64,000 nt of DNA from Octopus sinensis (Eukaryota), in contig NC_042998.1 in the NCBI RefSeq assembly GCF_006345805.1, positions 129,890,001 through 129,954,000 on the forward strand, written 5' to 3'. Positions 42,112 through 55,366 of the stretch are shown one piece after another. Position 1 is the first letter of the stretch; each line of letters opens with the position of its first letter. A model generated the notes under the pieces. It was given only the letters and a program-made list of their open reading frames with translations. It was not told the origin of the DNA and made no database searches. The translations under genes were made by a program, and so were the position numbers.

Positions 42112-42203
42112 TACCCATATATGCATGTATATATACATATATATGTAAACATATACTTGTATGTATATATATGTATATATATTATTTATATTATTATATG
42201 ATC

Positions 42204-42812
42204 GAACGCCACGCATCCATTTCAAAGTAAGTTTTATCTAAATTATTCCGATGCGCACTCTACAAAACTATCTCTATTCTATCTCCCTCTCTTGTTCTTC
42301 TTCCTTTCTGATTTTCTCTCCCACCTTTTCTCTAATTCTTCTCCTCTCACCTTGACTCTTCATCCTTGACTCTCTCGTAGCTCACACGTGACCAACGGCT
42401 ATCTATCTTTCTTTCTTCCACTTCCTCGAAAGTGGTTTTGCCTGTCTCTTCTCAAAGCTCGTTTTTCCAGCGTTCCTCGCTTCACCTCGTTATGGCTTAA
42501 CAGCCTACACCTTTTCTTTTTACTGTTTTGTTCTTACTGTCCTGATTTTGTTACCTTCGCACAAAAAATTCCAAATTTTATTTAATTTGGTTTGCAGGAA
42601 GGACTGATTTATCGAAGTCGCATCTTGTCCCTATCTCCGAAACGAAGAGTAGATAAAACAGGGGACAACTAATGAAGGGAATGTTCTTTATGTTGCCTGT
42701 CTCGTATCTCTATTTGTTTCTTTCGTTGTTCGAAAAAAAGTTCGTTTTCCATGTTTTTCTTTGGCATATTCTCGTTTGTCATTTTGCTGATGCTTTTTTG
42801 ACGTCCTGTACC
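42204..42812 (+). mobile_element. PLE pseudo-LTR-like non-coding element
   Basis: Pyrimidine-rich unique block between TA tracts, architecture like 61866-62510 (both contain CTCACACGTGAC and GACGTCCTGT); degenerate hammerhead-like hairpin at 42622-42697. Confidence 0.45.
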
Positions 42813-42836
42813 CATATATGCATATATATATATGTG

Positions 42837-42870
<34 letters not shown>

Positions 42871-42873
<3 letters not shown>

Positions 42874-43117
42874 GAAAAAACAAGTCAAAAATAGAAAACA
42901 AGGAAGTAAAACAAGGGAGTCAGAGAAAGGCAGAATGCCACTTAAATCTGAACACTACTATAGAAATATTCTTTTAAAAAAACTTTTCTTCTAATTTTTC
43001 TAAATTTAATTATTTAATCGTTACAGTTGAAAAGGTCTCAAAATGACCGAAACCGGTACTGAAATGTTCACTATAAAATTATTTTAGCATTTTCTATTTT
43101 TTACTTGTTTTTTCATA
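42871..43117 (+). mobile_element. 247-bp element with 28-bp terminal inverted repeats and an internal hammerhead, inserted in (TA)n
   Basis: TATGAAAAAACAAGTCAAAAATAGAAAA (42871-42898) versus reverse complement of 43090-43117, one mismatch; body repeated at 63810-64000. Confidence 0.85.
43019..43066 (+). ncRNA. Minimal type I hammerhead ribozyme, U3-A8 core
   Basis: CGTTACAG-TTGAAAA-GGTC/tcaaaat/GACC-GAAA-CCGG-T-A-CTGAAATG. Confidence 0.8.
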
Positions 43118-43781
43118 TATATATCAACTCGTGTGTTCCTTTTCACCCCTATACATATATTATATATATATATATATATCTATATATATATATATATATA
43201 TATGTATACATATATATATATACATATACATATATATATATATATATTATATATATAATATCTATATATATATTATATATATGTATATATATATTATTTA
43301 TTATTGTGAATGAACACCACGCATCCATTTCAAAGTAAGTTTTTCTCTTTCTCTCTCTATATATATATTTATATATATATATATATATGCATGTGTGATT
43401 GCCTGTATGCATGCATGTATGTGTGTATGTATCTATGCATGTATGTATGTGTGTATGTATGCATGTAGATGCATAGGTTTACCAGTTGTCAACTAATTTA
43501 GATACGCTTGAGTAGTTTACGCTTCAATTTGAAAGCATGAAATGCGTATGCTATAAGAAAATGATAGTTAATAACAGAAAACTGCTCATAGCAACAATCG
43601 CAACGAAGCAAATTTGTGCGTTCTACTGACATAAAATATTTCTTTCTTTAAAATTTCTGATCGTTTGTTAAGTTTGATAGCTACCATCAGCAAGTATTAA
43701 TGTAAGATTACCGTGTCGTGCAAGAAGACTTTAAAGTGTTCAAAATGACAGTTATGTATATATATATATATATTATATGAC

Positions 43782-43844
<63 letters not shown>

Positions 43845-44049
43845 TTCATAGAAAAGAATCAGTTATGTTCCGTATAGATACACTTCGTGGTGTTCAGGGG
43901 GTTTAACTTTGTACGAGTAGAGAAGTAGAAGTAAGGATAAGCTAGTTAGGCAGGTCGCTATACAAAAATATTAAATACATTTAATACAAAACATGTACAT
44001 GTTTACATTTAAAATGTTTCGCCTTACACAGAATAGAAATGATATCAGG

Positions 44050-44200
44050 GTTTGGAGGAATGGAATAAGAATTTTAGGAGTCCAACAGCTGTTTCTTGGG
44101 GCTTGGTGGTTCAAGATAATGATAGTAAATTGATTCCATCATCAGGTAAAAAGCAGTCTCCGTCTTCAGGGAAGAGGTTTTACATTTGAGATGATGACAG
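44050..44200. repeat. Dispersed repeat, related copy at about 47320-47440
   Basis: Shared CTGTTTCT.GG..TTGGTGGT.CAA.ATAAT..TAAATTGATT..ATCATC.G..TCTTCAGGGAA. Confidence 0.65.
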
Positions 44201-44255
44201 AAAAGAGATTACACACACACACACCACACACACACACACACACAACACACACATA

Positions 44256-44310
<55 letters not shown>

Positions 44311-44514
44311 ATCAGATCATTAAGAATGAAATGCCCGATTATGAACTGAAAATTTATTTTACTTCATTTGAATTTTTCATCTATCAATGGGTTCACAAAA
44401 ATTGAGTTACAAGAGAAAACTCACAATATAATCAGACACCATGAATTGTATTTCGAAAAGTGATGATATAACTCTTCAGTGAACGGCTGCATAAGAAAAC
44501 TAGACATTTCATTC

Positions 44515-44546
<32 letters not shown>

Positions 44547-44655
44547 CGTGTGTGTGTGTGTGTATAAGTAGTGAGAGAGAGGGAGCGAGCGAGAGAGTGA
44601 AAGAGAAAGAACGATAGTGATGTAGACAAGCACAATTAGGTTATACATACACACA

Positions 44656-44723
<68 letters not shown>

Positions 44724-45975
44724 AACATATATAAACATATATAAAGATATATACATATATAGATATACATACATACACATACACATTTATATGTATGCAT
44801 CGGTATGCCAATATGTATACATGTTTATATACCTTTATACATATCAAACCTAATTGTGTTTTTATGTCTCTATACAAAGTCACTACACCTATACCATGTC
44901 ATCTGGATTTCTCTTATGGATTCTCTTGATCCCGTGACCCAAGTCGTTGATAAGCCCTTCAGAATTTAAGTTCAAATCATTTGAGCACTGCTATGTGTTT
45001 TCTATACTGACCATTTCCAGCTCGCAACTTCCTAAATCTTTGGGCTAGCTTTCCATGAGCAGTGACCTCTACAAACGTATAAATATTATTAATTTTTCTC
45101 GAATAATGGAAATATATTCAAAATCTTTCCAGCACCGACCCTTCGTTTTTTTTTCTCTTGCGTTTTGCCTTTAGTTATTAAGAGTGAAAGATATGGATTT
45201 TATTTCTAACAGGTGGAATGTTCATATGTAGGACCCCTCGTTTTTTAAGGGGCAGTAATTAGATATTACCAAGTTGATGCATTTTCTAACAGCCACCTGA
45301 CTAAAATGGTGTGGCCTGATCGTGTAATGATCCAATACGGAGCTTGTCTTACTGGGCGAAGATAATAAATGTATCATCGAGAAAAGAAGCGTTATTTAAG
45401 ACAAAAATAAACTTTATATTACTGAGAGAATAATTAGCAAATATTTATAACGAAAGTTACTTTTTCTTTTCATTGAGAAATTTCTAATCATGATCGCTAT
45501 GAATTTTTTAGTAAGATTTTATTATTTGTATGAGATGGTGTTTTCTAATTTGCTTTATTTTGTCTTTTTATTCTCTTGTGTTGCTGCTTCTATTTACGAA
45601 ATTGATAGAAAATCTATGAAAATAGCTTAATAGAAAACAAACAGAAACTAGGTTTCGATAATGCAAGAAAATGGTAAAATAAAGAGAAATAACAAAATGA
45701 GTAGGATGAGGTAAGGCAAATATAATAAGGAGAGGCGAGATGCATACGGAAAGGAAGGAGGGTGTGTGAGATAGAAAAATAACGAAAATGAAAGAATGGG
45801 AAGGCGTAGTAGTCTTAGAAAAGAGATAAATAGGCAGATGTATTGAGAAGAATGTGTAAGAGAGGAAAATACATACATTATATGTGTGTGTGTGTGTGTA
45901 TGCGTTTGCGTTGTGAGTATTTTACTCTCTTACACACTTTTCAATATATCTGCCTATGTATATATAATATATATA

Positions 45976-46042
<67 letters not shown>

Positions 46043-46191
46043 TTTATATATATATATGTATGTATACGTACACAAACAATCACACGCACAAATACACACA
46101 CACATGTATATATATATATATATTACTATTTGTCTTCCTCTCTCTCTACCTATGTATGTATGTATGTATGTATCTACCTATCTCTCCCCCT

Positions 46192-46222
<31 letters not shown>

Positions 46223-46273
46223 ATGCTTACGTGTAAACAAACATAAGAGCACACTCACAAACCCTTTGTATAC

Positions 46274-46309
<36 letters not shown>

Positions 46310-47234
46310 CTACGCCTGATTGTGCGCGTGTTTGTGACCTGTCAGTGTGCGATGATATACGTCCGTTTTCCATACATGAAATTCAAACACATTGCATTCT
46401 GGAACTGAACCCCAATGCATGTTGATACAGATTGAATGTATGAAATGCTTCAGTATGCCTTGTCGTAGGTTTGTGCCATATGAACACACATACACACACA
46501 TACACACACGCACACAGACGCATGCACACACATGAACACACGCATACACACACCACATCTTACACATATTAAAAAGTGTAACGTTTGACGCGGCAAGAGG
46601 AGTACGTAAGTAAACTGATAGACTTTAAACAGCCAATACACGCAGCTCAGCACATACAGCTGATTATTAGCAAATTTAGTTAATTAATATGTAAAGCTTC
46701 TTCAACTCTCATATTTCTAGTATACTTCCTATGCTTGAGACCGTGATAACTTGGTTATTTGTAACGGAGATAGCATTTACACTCTTTATTAAAAGTGGAA
46801 TATCTGTCCCACATGTTTCAAGCTCTGTTGTACACCATGTCATTAAAACATACAACCACAACGTTCCTAAGATTTTGACTTACTTGTATACATTATTGTC
46901 GTATATGGATGGACTCTTAACATGGCAATTTCTCTGGGAAACTCAGAGTGTATCAACGGTATATTCAATCCATTCCTACAAAGCTACTGAATGGTTATAG
47001 AAGTTGTTTTATGATAAGAACGGTGCAGTTTTCTGTAGCAAATGCTGTCAGATCGAGCTTACATTTTGTTTTTTTGTGAAGTCATACTATCAAGCTCTTG
47101 CCTCGTAAGTGATGTGAGGCGCTCTCGTTTATAACGCTCCTTGAAACTGTTTAGTGTTGCAGCTCTTCTCTGTCACACTGTATGTATGTATGTGTGTATA
47201 TGCATACAAACACACACACACACACACACACACA

Positions 47235-47311
<77 letters not shown>

Positions 47312-47676
47312 CAGATACAACTGTTTCTGGGCGGTTTGGTGGTCCAAAATAATTATTCTAAATTGATTCAATCATCGGATAACACCACCCTCTATCTTCA
47401 GGGAAATAATCGTAAATTTGAAGTGTTGACAGAATGGAGTTTAAAAATGGAATATGTCAGACATTGTTATATGTACTTTTTGTGTTAAATGCATTAAATA
47501 TCCTTTGTCTATCGACTTGCTTAACTTGATTGGCCTTGCCTTTACTCCTCCACCTACTCAAGTTCAAATCTCTTGAGCACTACGAAATGTATTCTGTACA
47601 GGGAATACCTTTCCCTAATCTCCCTCTCCCTCTCTCTCTCTCTCTGTATTATATATATATATATATTATATATATA

Positions 47677-47707
<31 letters not shown>

Positions 47708-47814
47708 AACAATTAAGATTCAAGTGAGTTCCAATGAATTCACATGAATGCGGTTCTTAACTTAGATGCACCAGAAATCTATATGGTATTAACCATAAAA
47801 TAATGTGGGGTGAT

Positions 47815-49146
47815 TATAAACAAGAAAAAAGCAACAAGAATTGATTAGTTGTTCAGTACAATTGTTTCATACGAAGAACAGCTTTATTAAAAGCTGTAAA
47901 TATTGCAGCAAATACAGGTGTCCCGTATTCATCACACAAAACACATATGAGTTTTCCAAACATCCTAGGGGATGAGGCTACACTCATGAAGTATCGACGA
48001 GAGTTCTATGAAAAGCAAAGTAAGATTGTAAGCAGACTTCAAAAGTTCTTTAATGATGCACAGTTTTACAAAAGGGTTTAAAAAAAGTTTGTTAGCTTCA
48101 CAGAAAAAGGTAAATCCATCCATAATAATGCAGGTGTAATTTCCGGAGATATGAGTAGACATTTCATACTCAGAGACGATGAATTTATCCATAATAATGT
48201 AGATGTAATTTCCTGATATATGAGAAGATGTTGATCACACTTCTGTTCATTTCACAAAACTACTATGTTGGTAGAAGAGATTGACTATATTGGCTAAAAG
48301 AAGTCAGTGAAGCAGAAACCGCCCAAATAAGGACATTATGGGACATTATGGGAGGAATGGGTGTAAGTACACAACCTACAAAGATTAGTTTATTTCTGTG
48401 GTGACAGAAAATCTAGGTCAGAGTTGCAGGAATCTGAGATTTATAAAAGAGAACATTACTTTTGACCATCATACAGCTATCAACTGCCACTCCTACAGAG
48501 TTAAAAGCAGGTATAAGAATATAAAGAGAACAAAAGAAAGTATCAAAGGGGTCAAAGGCTATCAGTAGAGGAAAATACGTTAAGAGATTTAAGTGCAATA
48601 CTAGAACAGCAGGTTATTTATTTATTTATTATTGTTTCTATTTATACAAAAGTTTATACATTGTAAGACAGACTTTAGGCAATATAGTCAATCTCTTCTT
48701 CCAACATAGTAGTTTTGTGAAATGAACAGAAGTGTGATCAACATCTCACATATCAGGAAATTACATCTACATTATTATGGATAAATTCATCGTCTCTGAT
48801 TATGAAATATCTCCTCATATCTCCGGAAATTACACCTGCATTATTATGGATGGATTTACCTTTTCTGTGAAGCTAACAAACTTTTTTAAAAACCTTTTAT
48901 AAAACTGTGCATCATTATAGAACTTTTGAAGTCTGCTTACAATCTTACTTTGCTTTTCATAGAACTCTCGTCGATACTTCATGAGTGTAGCCTCATCCCC
49001 TAGGATGTTTGGAAAACTCATATGTGTTTTGTGTGATGAATACGGGACACCTGTATTTGCTGCAATATTTGCAGCTTTTAATAAAGCTGTTCTTCGTATG
49101 AAACAATTGTACTGAACAACTAATCCATTCTTGTTGCTTTTTTCTT

Positions 49147-49153
<7 letters not shown>
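47815..49153. repeat. Inverted duplication: arms 47815-48298 and 48674-49153, spacer 375 bp
   Basis: Reverse complement of the right arm matches the left arm with only scattered differences. Confidence 0.92.
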
Positions 49154-49191
<38 letters not shown>

Positions 49192-51626
49192 CTATACTTA
49201 CGTATATACATATATGCATATATGCATATATGTATGCATACACACACATTTATATTGTCAATGAAAAACGAAACGATCAACATATATTTACCTGTAGTTT
49301 GTTATTTGAGTAATAATTGATGCAATTATCGAGGGAAATAAAATAGAATCTTCCATGAATATATATCTGAACGTCCGTTAAATTACTGGAGATTGTCATG
49401 AACATTTTATCCGAACTGCTGTAAGGAGAGCAAAACACTTTCTTAAATCCACAGTCAAAATTGAGTGATATTTGCTTAACATCTTATTTGTGTGATAGAA
49501 AATCACCAGAAAAGAAAGATGTAAAAAGTACAGAAGAAATAAACTATATATATATTTCTGAGGTTCACTTGATTTGACATTGTCGAAAGTTAGACTTTTG
49601 ACTTCACAGATTGCATTGAGACTTAGACATCGCTTAACGGCTGTTAGTTTTATTAGCCTGACACACAGGTGGAAATTTATTCAGGTGACGCTAACATCGA
49701 CATGAACCGCCTGACATAAAGGATCAGGTAAAAATTACTTCCAATTACCTGTTTTCTCTCATAGCAGTTGAATGGCTAAGTAATTTGCTATTCTGAGTTG
49801 AAACCACGTTAAAATATCAGATGTTGTCAATATCTTCGCCTTTGATGATAGTATAGGTACACAGTATTTTGTGTTATATTTTCAACGAGGAACGGTTGTT
49901 ATTTCTAGCAGGCCAAGCGACGACGTGGATACTCTTCCATTGGCTCGCAGAATTCAATTGGGTTAGATGTGGTGTACAAGCGGAGATGTTTCACTTGAAG
50001 ACCTATTAATGAAACGTTCTCTTGCTTATTATCAGGGGAAATATATGCTTTAAAATGTGAATTTAATTAATTTAATAAGAATAATATAAATATAGGTACA
50101 AGCGTTCTTTGAGAAATCTAAAGAACTACATGCAAAACTGGATAATTGTTTTTCACCTGACCAGAAGGTCTGATTTTTAGGGAGAAATTAATGATAAACA
50201 GATCTCAGTATATGATTTGTACTTTAACTTATCAATCCTGGAATGATAAAAGTTGAATCTGAGATAGAGGGAATTCGAACCCAGAACATGTAATACCGAA
50301 AGAAATAAACGTAAAAAAATATAAAATATCGAAACAAATTACGCAAGGTATTCTTCAGGCTTCCTTCAGTGGCGGCTTTTTTCTGGCTTTCTTCGGTAGT
50401 GGCTTTTTCGTCGATTAGGGTACATTTGTTGAGTGTTTCATTATAGAGAGATCTTGATTTCAAGTACGGTCGTCAATTCTTCGATATAAATTTTTTAAAT
50501 GTGTTACGTTTTTGCATTGAAGAACTACATATATGCCGGGACTACAGTGAATATTAGCGAATTAACTATGGGGTATATGATTAACACGTACCACAACAAC
50601 AATACAAAAGCACCAACGATTACTAACCGCTACCATCATTACCATAAACACTAGTACCATCAACAGTATACCTACCTCGGTCACACGCCTCCACCACTTT
50701 CGCTAGCGCTTCTACTCCGTTGATTAGCTCTTGTATCACAAATATCGTTATAATCACCACAAAGGTCATCGTGGTCACTAGCAGTACCATCACGAACATC
50801 ACCAGCATCTCAATGACAATGTCACAACCACCATTGCTACTTCCATCGCTACCTCCACTACCAGTAATACTACCTCCAGCCCACCCCTAAGCCGAAACAA
50901 GTACCGCGAGAAAATGCCCCACCTACCAGCCACACTAAAAGCAAATACAATTAATTGTACATCTGGTTTATATGAATATAACTATGCCTTACTATTGCTT
51001 CCTTAACAACTACAGGTTGATGAAGTGAGGGTCTAAACCCTCTTGATTTCAAATCATATTAGAGATCATTCAGCTCAAATATAATCGATTCTCATCGTTC
51101 TGTTGCGTATATATTATGAGGTGTATTTCACAAGAAATAATCGATAACACATTTACCTTTTACACCAATGTATATAACATAATTTTTTTCGTCACATATA
51201 ATAGATTTCATTTTATTACATTTTATGTTGTAAAATATACAGTCAAAATAAATTATCGACAGGTTCAACAGAAGAAGAATCACATAATATGTTTGATGTC
51301 CTTCAGAGAAAGAATCACTTAATTTGTTTCACGTCCACCATTAAACAACTGGGTTATTATGATTTCCCAGTTTTATATCTTTCAACATGTCTTCAAATTC
51401 TTACAATAAAATGTCCGGCATATAGTTAACATTGGTGAAATTTCTTTCCTACTTAAACCTCTCATTAGCCAATTGATATATGTAACATTCCCATTTATGT
51501 TACTAAACAATTTTCTTGACTCATTATTTCTTTATTTCTGTTATTCATACTATATGTCACCTACATATACACGCAGACTGACATAACCAGAGGCATATGC
51601 GAAGAATATATGCGAACGTGCGTTAA

Positions 51627-51693
<67 letters not shown>

Positions 51694-54030
51694 GTGTGAA
51701 TTTGTATCTTGTACTATGTATCTCCATCTCCTCAATCTGTATTCACATGCAAACATGTATACACATTATATTGTATATGTATTTAAAATCAAATTTCCAA
51801 AAATCTCATCAATTTCCTCAATTAATTTTATGCATACAGTCAAGTAACTTTACAATGATGCATATATATATATATATATATATATGCATATATGTATATA
51901 CATATACATGTATGTATAATAATATTTATATATTATATATATATACATATACATATATATGTATATAATATAATATATATACATGCATATATGTATATAC
52001 ATATGCCTATATATATATGCGTGTATATATACATATATACATACATATATATTTATATATATATGTGTGTGGGTTGTATGTATGTATGTATGTATGTATG
52101 TATGTATGTATGTATGCATGTATGTAAATGTATGTATGTATGTATATGTATGTATGTATGTTTGAGTGTGTATGAGTATATAAAGCAAAGTTGAGCAATT
52201 TATTAGATTAGAAAAAGACATCTTCCTATAGACATATAGACACAAAATAAAACGAATATTCACATACAGGCAGAAACACACAGATACATATACGCATACG
52301 CTTTTAGATAAGAAATTAACTGACTAATGATAGAATTGGTACGGTGTAAGATAACCAATGCCCAGACAAGAAATAGAAAATAAAATCACTGTAAAAAATA
52401 ATAAAATAGAAACTTATCAACGTGAAACACAAATATTTCTTACCTAATTATATTAATAGATAGACGGGAAATTTGATGTTAATGGTGATAGTACTGGTGA
52501 TGGTAATGGTGGCAGAGATGGTGGCGGTGGTCTGTGCTGATGATGATGTAGTGAAAACGAAGGAGGTAACGGAGCAGACAGCGGTGTAGGAAGAGCGTCG
52601 TGATGCTCACGATGATTATAAAGAAGATGACCATCATGGTGACGATGATGACCACGACCACAGTGACAATGGCCAGCTACGATATTGACGATTGTATCGA
52701 TGAGGAACATCTTCGATAGAAATGTTGGAAAGTGAAACAAGAAAGAATGATTTTACTCCATACCAAGGGGTTCGCCTCATGTTCTATCGTGCTGTGGCTT
52801 AGTATACATATATGCATGTATGTATGGGTGTGTGGATGTATGTATGTGTGTGTATGTGTATATATATATATATATATGTGTGGGGGGGGTGAGTATTTTG
52901 GGTCAGATATTCACGAGAAAATTCCTCTTTCCTTCGGGTCACGTGCCGATATGTTGGCTGAAACCATAGCTTACATGTCCTGATGTCCTCCTGCTGATGG
53001 TGATTAAAGCGATTATGACGGTGTTTAAGTTGATGATGATGATGGTGATGACGATGATGCTGATGATATATGATGATAACGATGATGACGAAGTTGACGA
53101 CGACGATGATGATGATGATGACGACGACGACGACGACAGTGGTGATAATGATGGTGTTGATCATAATGGCTTCGACGACAAAGACTGTTGATTTCTGTTG
53201 TTATCGTTCTTTTTAATTGCTGGCGTGTCTGTCGAATAAACAACGTTTTCTTATCATTAACTAAAAAGTAGAATCATCATTCCAAGACATTAATCTATTC
53301 TCAAGAGCGAGTAGTAAACAATTTTTAAATAAACCATATTATCTATAAAAGATGATGCAAGAAACAGCAGCAATAGTTGCAACCACAACAACAACAACGA
53401 TGACGACGATAACAATACCAGCAATAAGATATGCAAGAACAACAATAACAAAAACTTGTAAAGGACCCTAGGTTCAAGTGGTAAATAAATATCCAAAATA
53501 ACTTCTTTGCCCCTAAGAGCTTTTTAAAACTGATATTTAGCTCCAGATTTTACGGCGTTAAACAAGATAAGACTTTTGCTTGGAAAGAAAGATTGTCGGA
53601 TGTATAGTGAGCAAAAAGAGTATGGTGGGCGAAATAAATATGTTGTCCCACATACGATAAATTCATCTTCTAAAATGGCAGCCAAATTTTTTTTCAAATT
53701 CTTTAGTCATAAAAAGGAAATGAAACAGCTTGAACTTCTGATTTGTTCAATCAAATTTGACCAGGGACTATTCAACAGTAACTATATAAACGTTAGATGA
53801 ATTTCAAGGCAAATCATTTAGTTAGTGAAGTAACTTTTCTGAAATGAAGAGAGTAGGATAATAAAAGTATTCTGTACAGATGGTATGATGGATGTTGAAG
53901 CGCTTAACCGGGGGGGAAAAACTCACAAGAAAACTTTGTAACAATCAAAGACCACAGTCTAGGAATTATTTGAGAATGGAATACCTTGAACAATTAATGA
54001 CATTTGGAAAGCTGAAGCGAAAGAGAGAAA

Positions 54031-54061
<31 letters not shown>

Positions 54062-55314
54062 TAAGGGGAGGGAAAGAAGCTAGTAAAACTAACTACTTAC
54101 TACCTTCTTATTGAAAGACTGAGTATAAGTTGTGTGGGAAATGAAGTGGGTGGAGACCCATGTTCTTCGGCACCTGTGGGCATTGTACATGAAGAAGAAA
54201 GAGCAGTAGTATTACTATTAATCTTAGTAGCAGTGGCAGTAGTAGCAGCTTTAGTAGTGGTGGTTGTAGTGTGCGGTAGTAGTAGTAGTAGTAGTAGTAG
54301 TAATGATTGTCGGATGTCCGCCAGAAAGAATGATATAAAATTAGACCTGCTATTCAAGAGCCCTTGTACCATGGCCGTCAGCGGTGGGGAGACAGAGATC
54401 AGCTTGGTGTTAATTGATACATTAAGAACGTTTGTGAAGGCTTCGGTGGAGAGATGGAGGTATGTGGGAGGGATTGAAAACGGGGAAGATGAGACGGACA
54501 TTAAAATATCTCAACCAGACTCAGCTGATTTCGGTTGTTAGACAATTTATATTAATACTGAAACGGTATTTATCTCACCCATCAAAAGTCTAATGGCTTT
54601 GAGCCTGTTAATTGAGGATGGCCCAGTCTACATAACTGACGTTATGTGCCGTAGTGGTAGTAGGGCTTAGGGAAGAATAATATTCACCAAGCCTAATTAT
54701 CTGCTGGTCAACAGAAGACCTTATATGCTGCAAATAGCAATTAAATATCCCTCGATCTACCGTCTTAAAAAGGAACAATTCAGTTGATTACATAGGTTTA
54801 GATATATTATTCTTTAAAACCAAAACAAAAGGGATGGTCACAAATGGAGTGTTTATTTCTATGTTCCATCGGAACAAAGTAGAGAATAAGAATCGAATTA
54901 AAAGGGACGTTATTTAATTACCTGAAGCGACTTGGAGGAACTGCATCAATCGCTTCTATAGATTACAGGAATTACCTTAATATGCTAATTATTAAGTTAT
55001 TAGTGAGAATTCTTATATTTAGTGGATATCGAAAAGCAATTATACATCGTTATTTACTTATAAATAACCGTATTTGCTTGTTACGGCAATGTTTTCAAAT
55101 CATTAAGTAATGTATAATACATATCTTTATGCAGAATGTATGCACAATAGAGATGTGAGCGGAAAGCGTATATGGTACAGGCATTGCGAACTTGACCACC
55201 CGCATCATCGTCACTCTCTCTCTCTGTCTCTCTCTCTATGTTTCTCTCTCTGTCTCTCTTTCTCTCTGTCTGTCTGTCTGTCTGTCTCTGTCTCTCTCTG
55301 TCTCTCTCTCTCTG

Positions 55315-55366
<52 letters not shown>

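Noticed and set aside
44085-44172. Minus-strand CTGATGA and GAAACAGCTGT as a hammerhead
   Set aside because: No stem I or stem II registers consistent with hammerhead geometry
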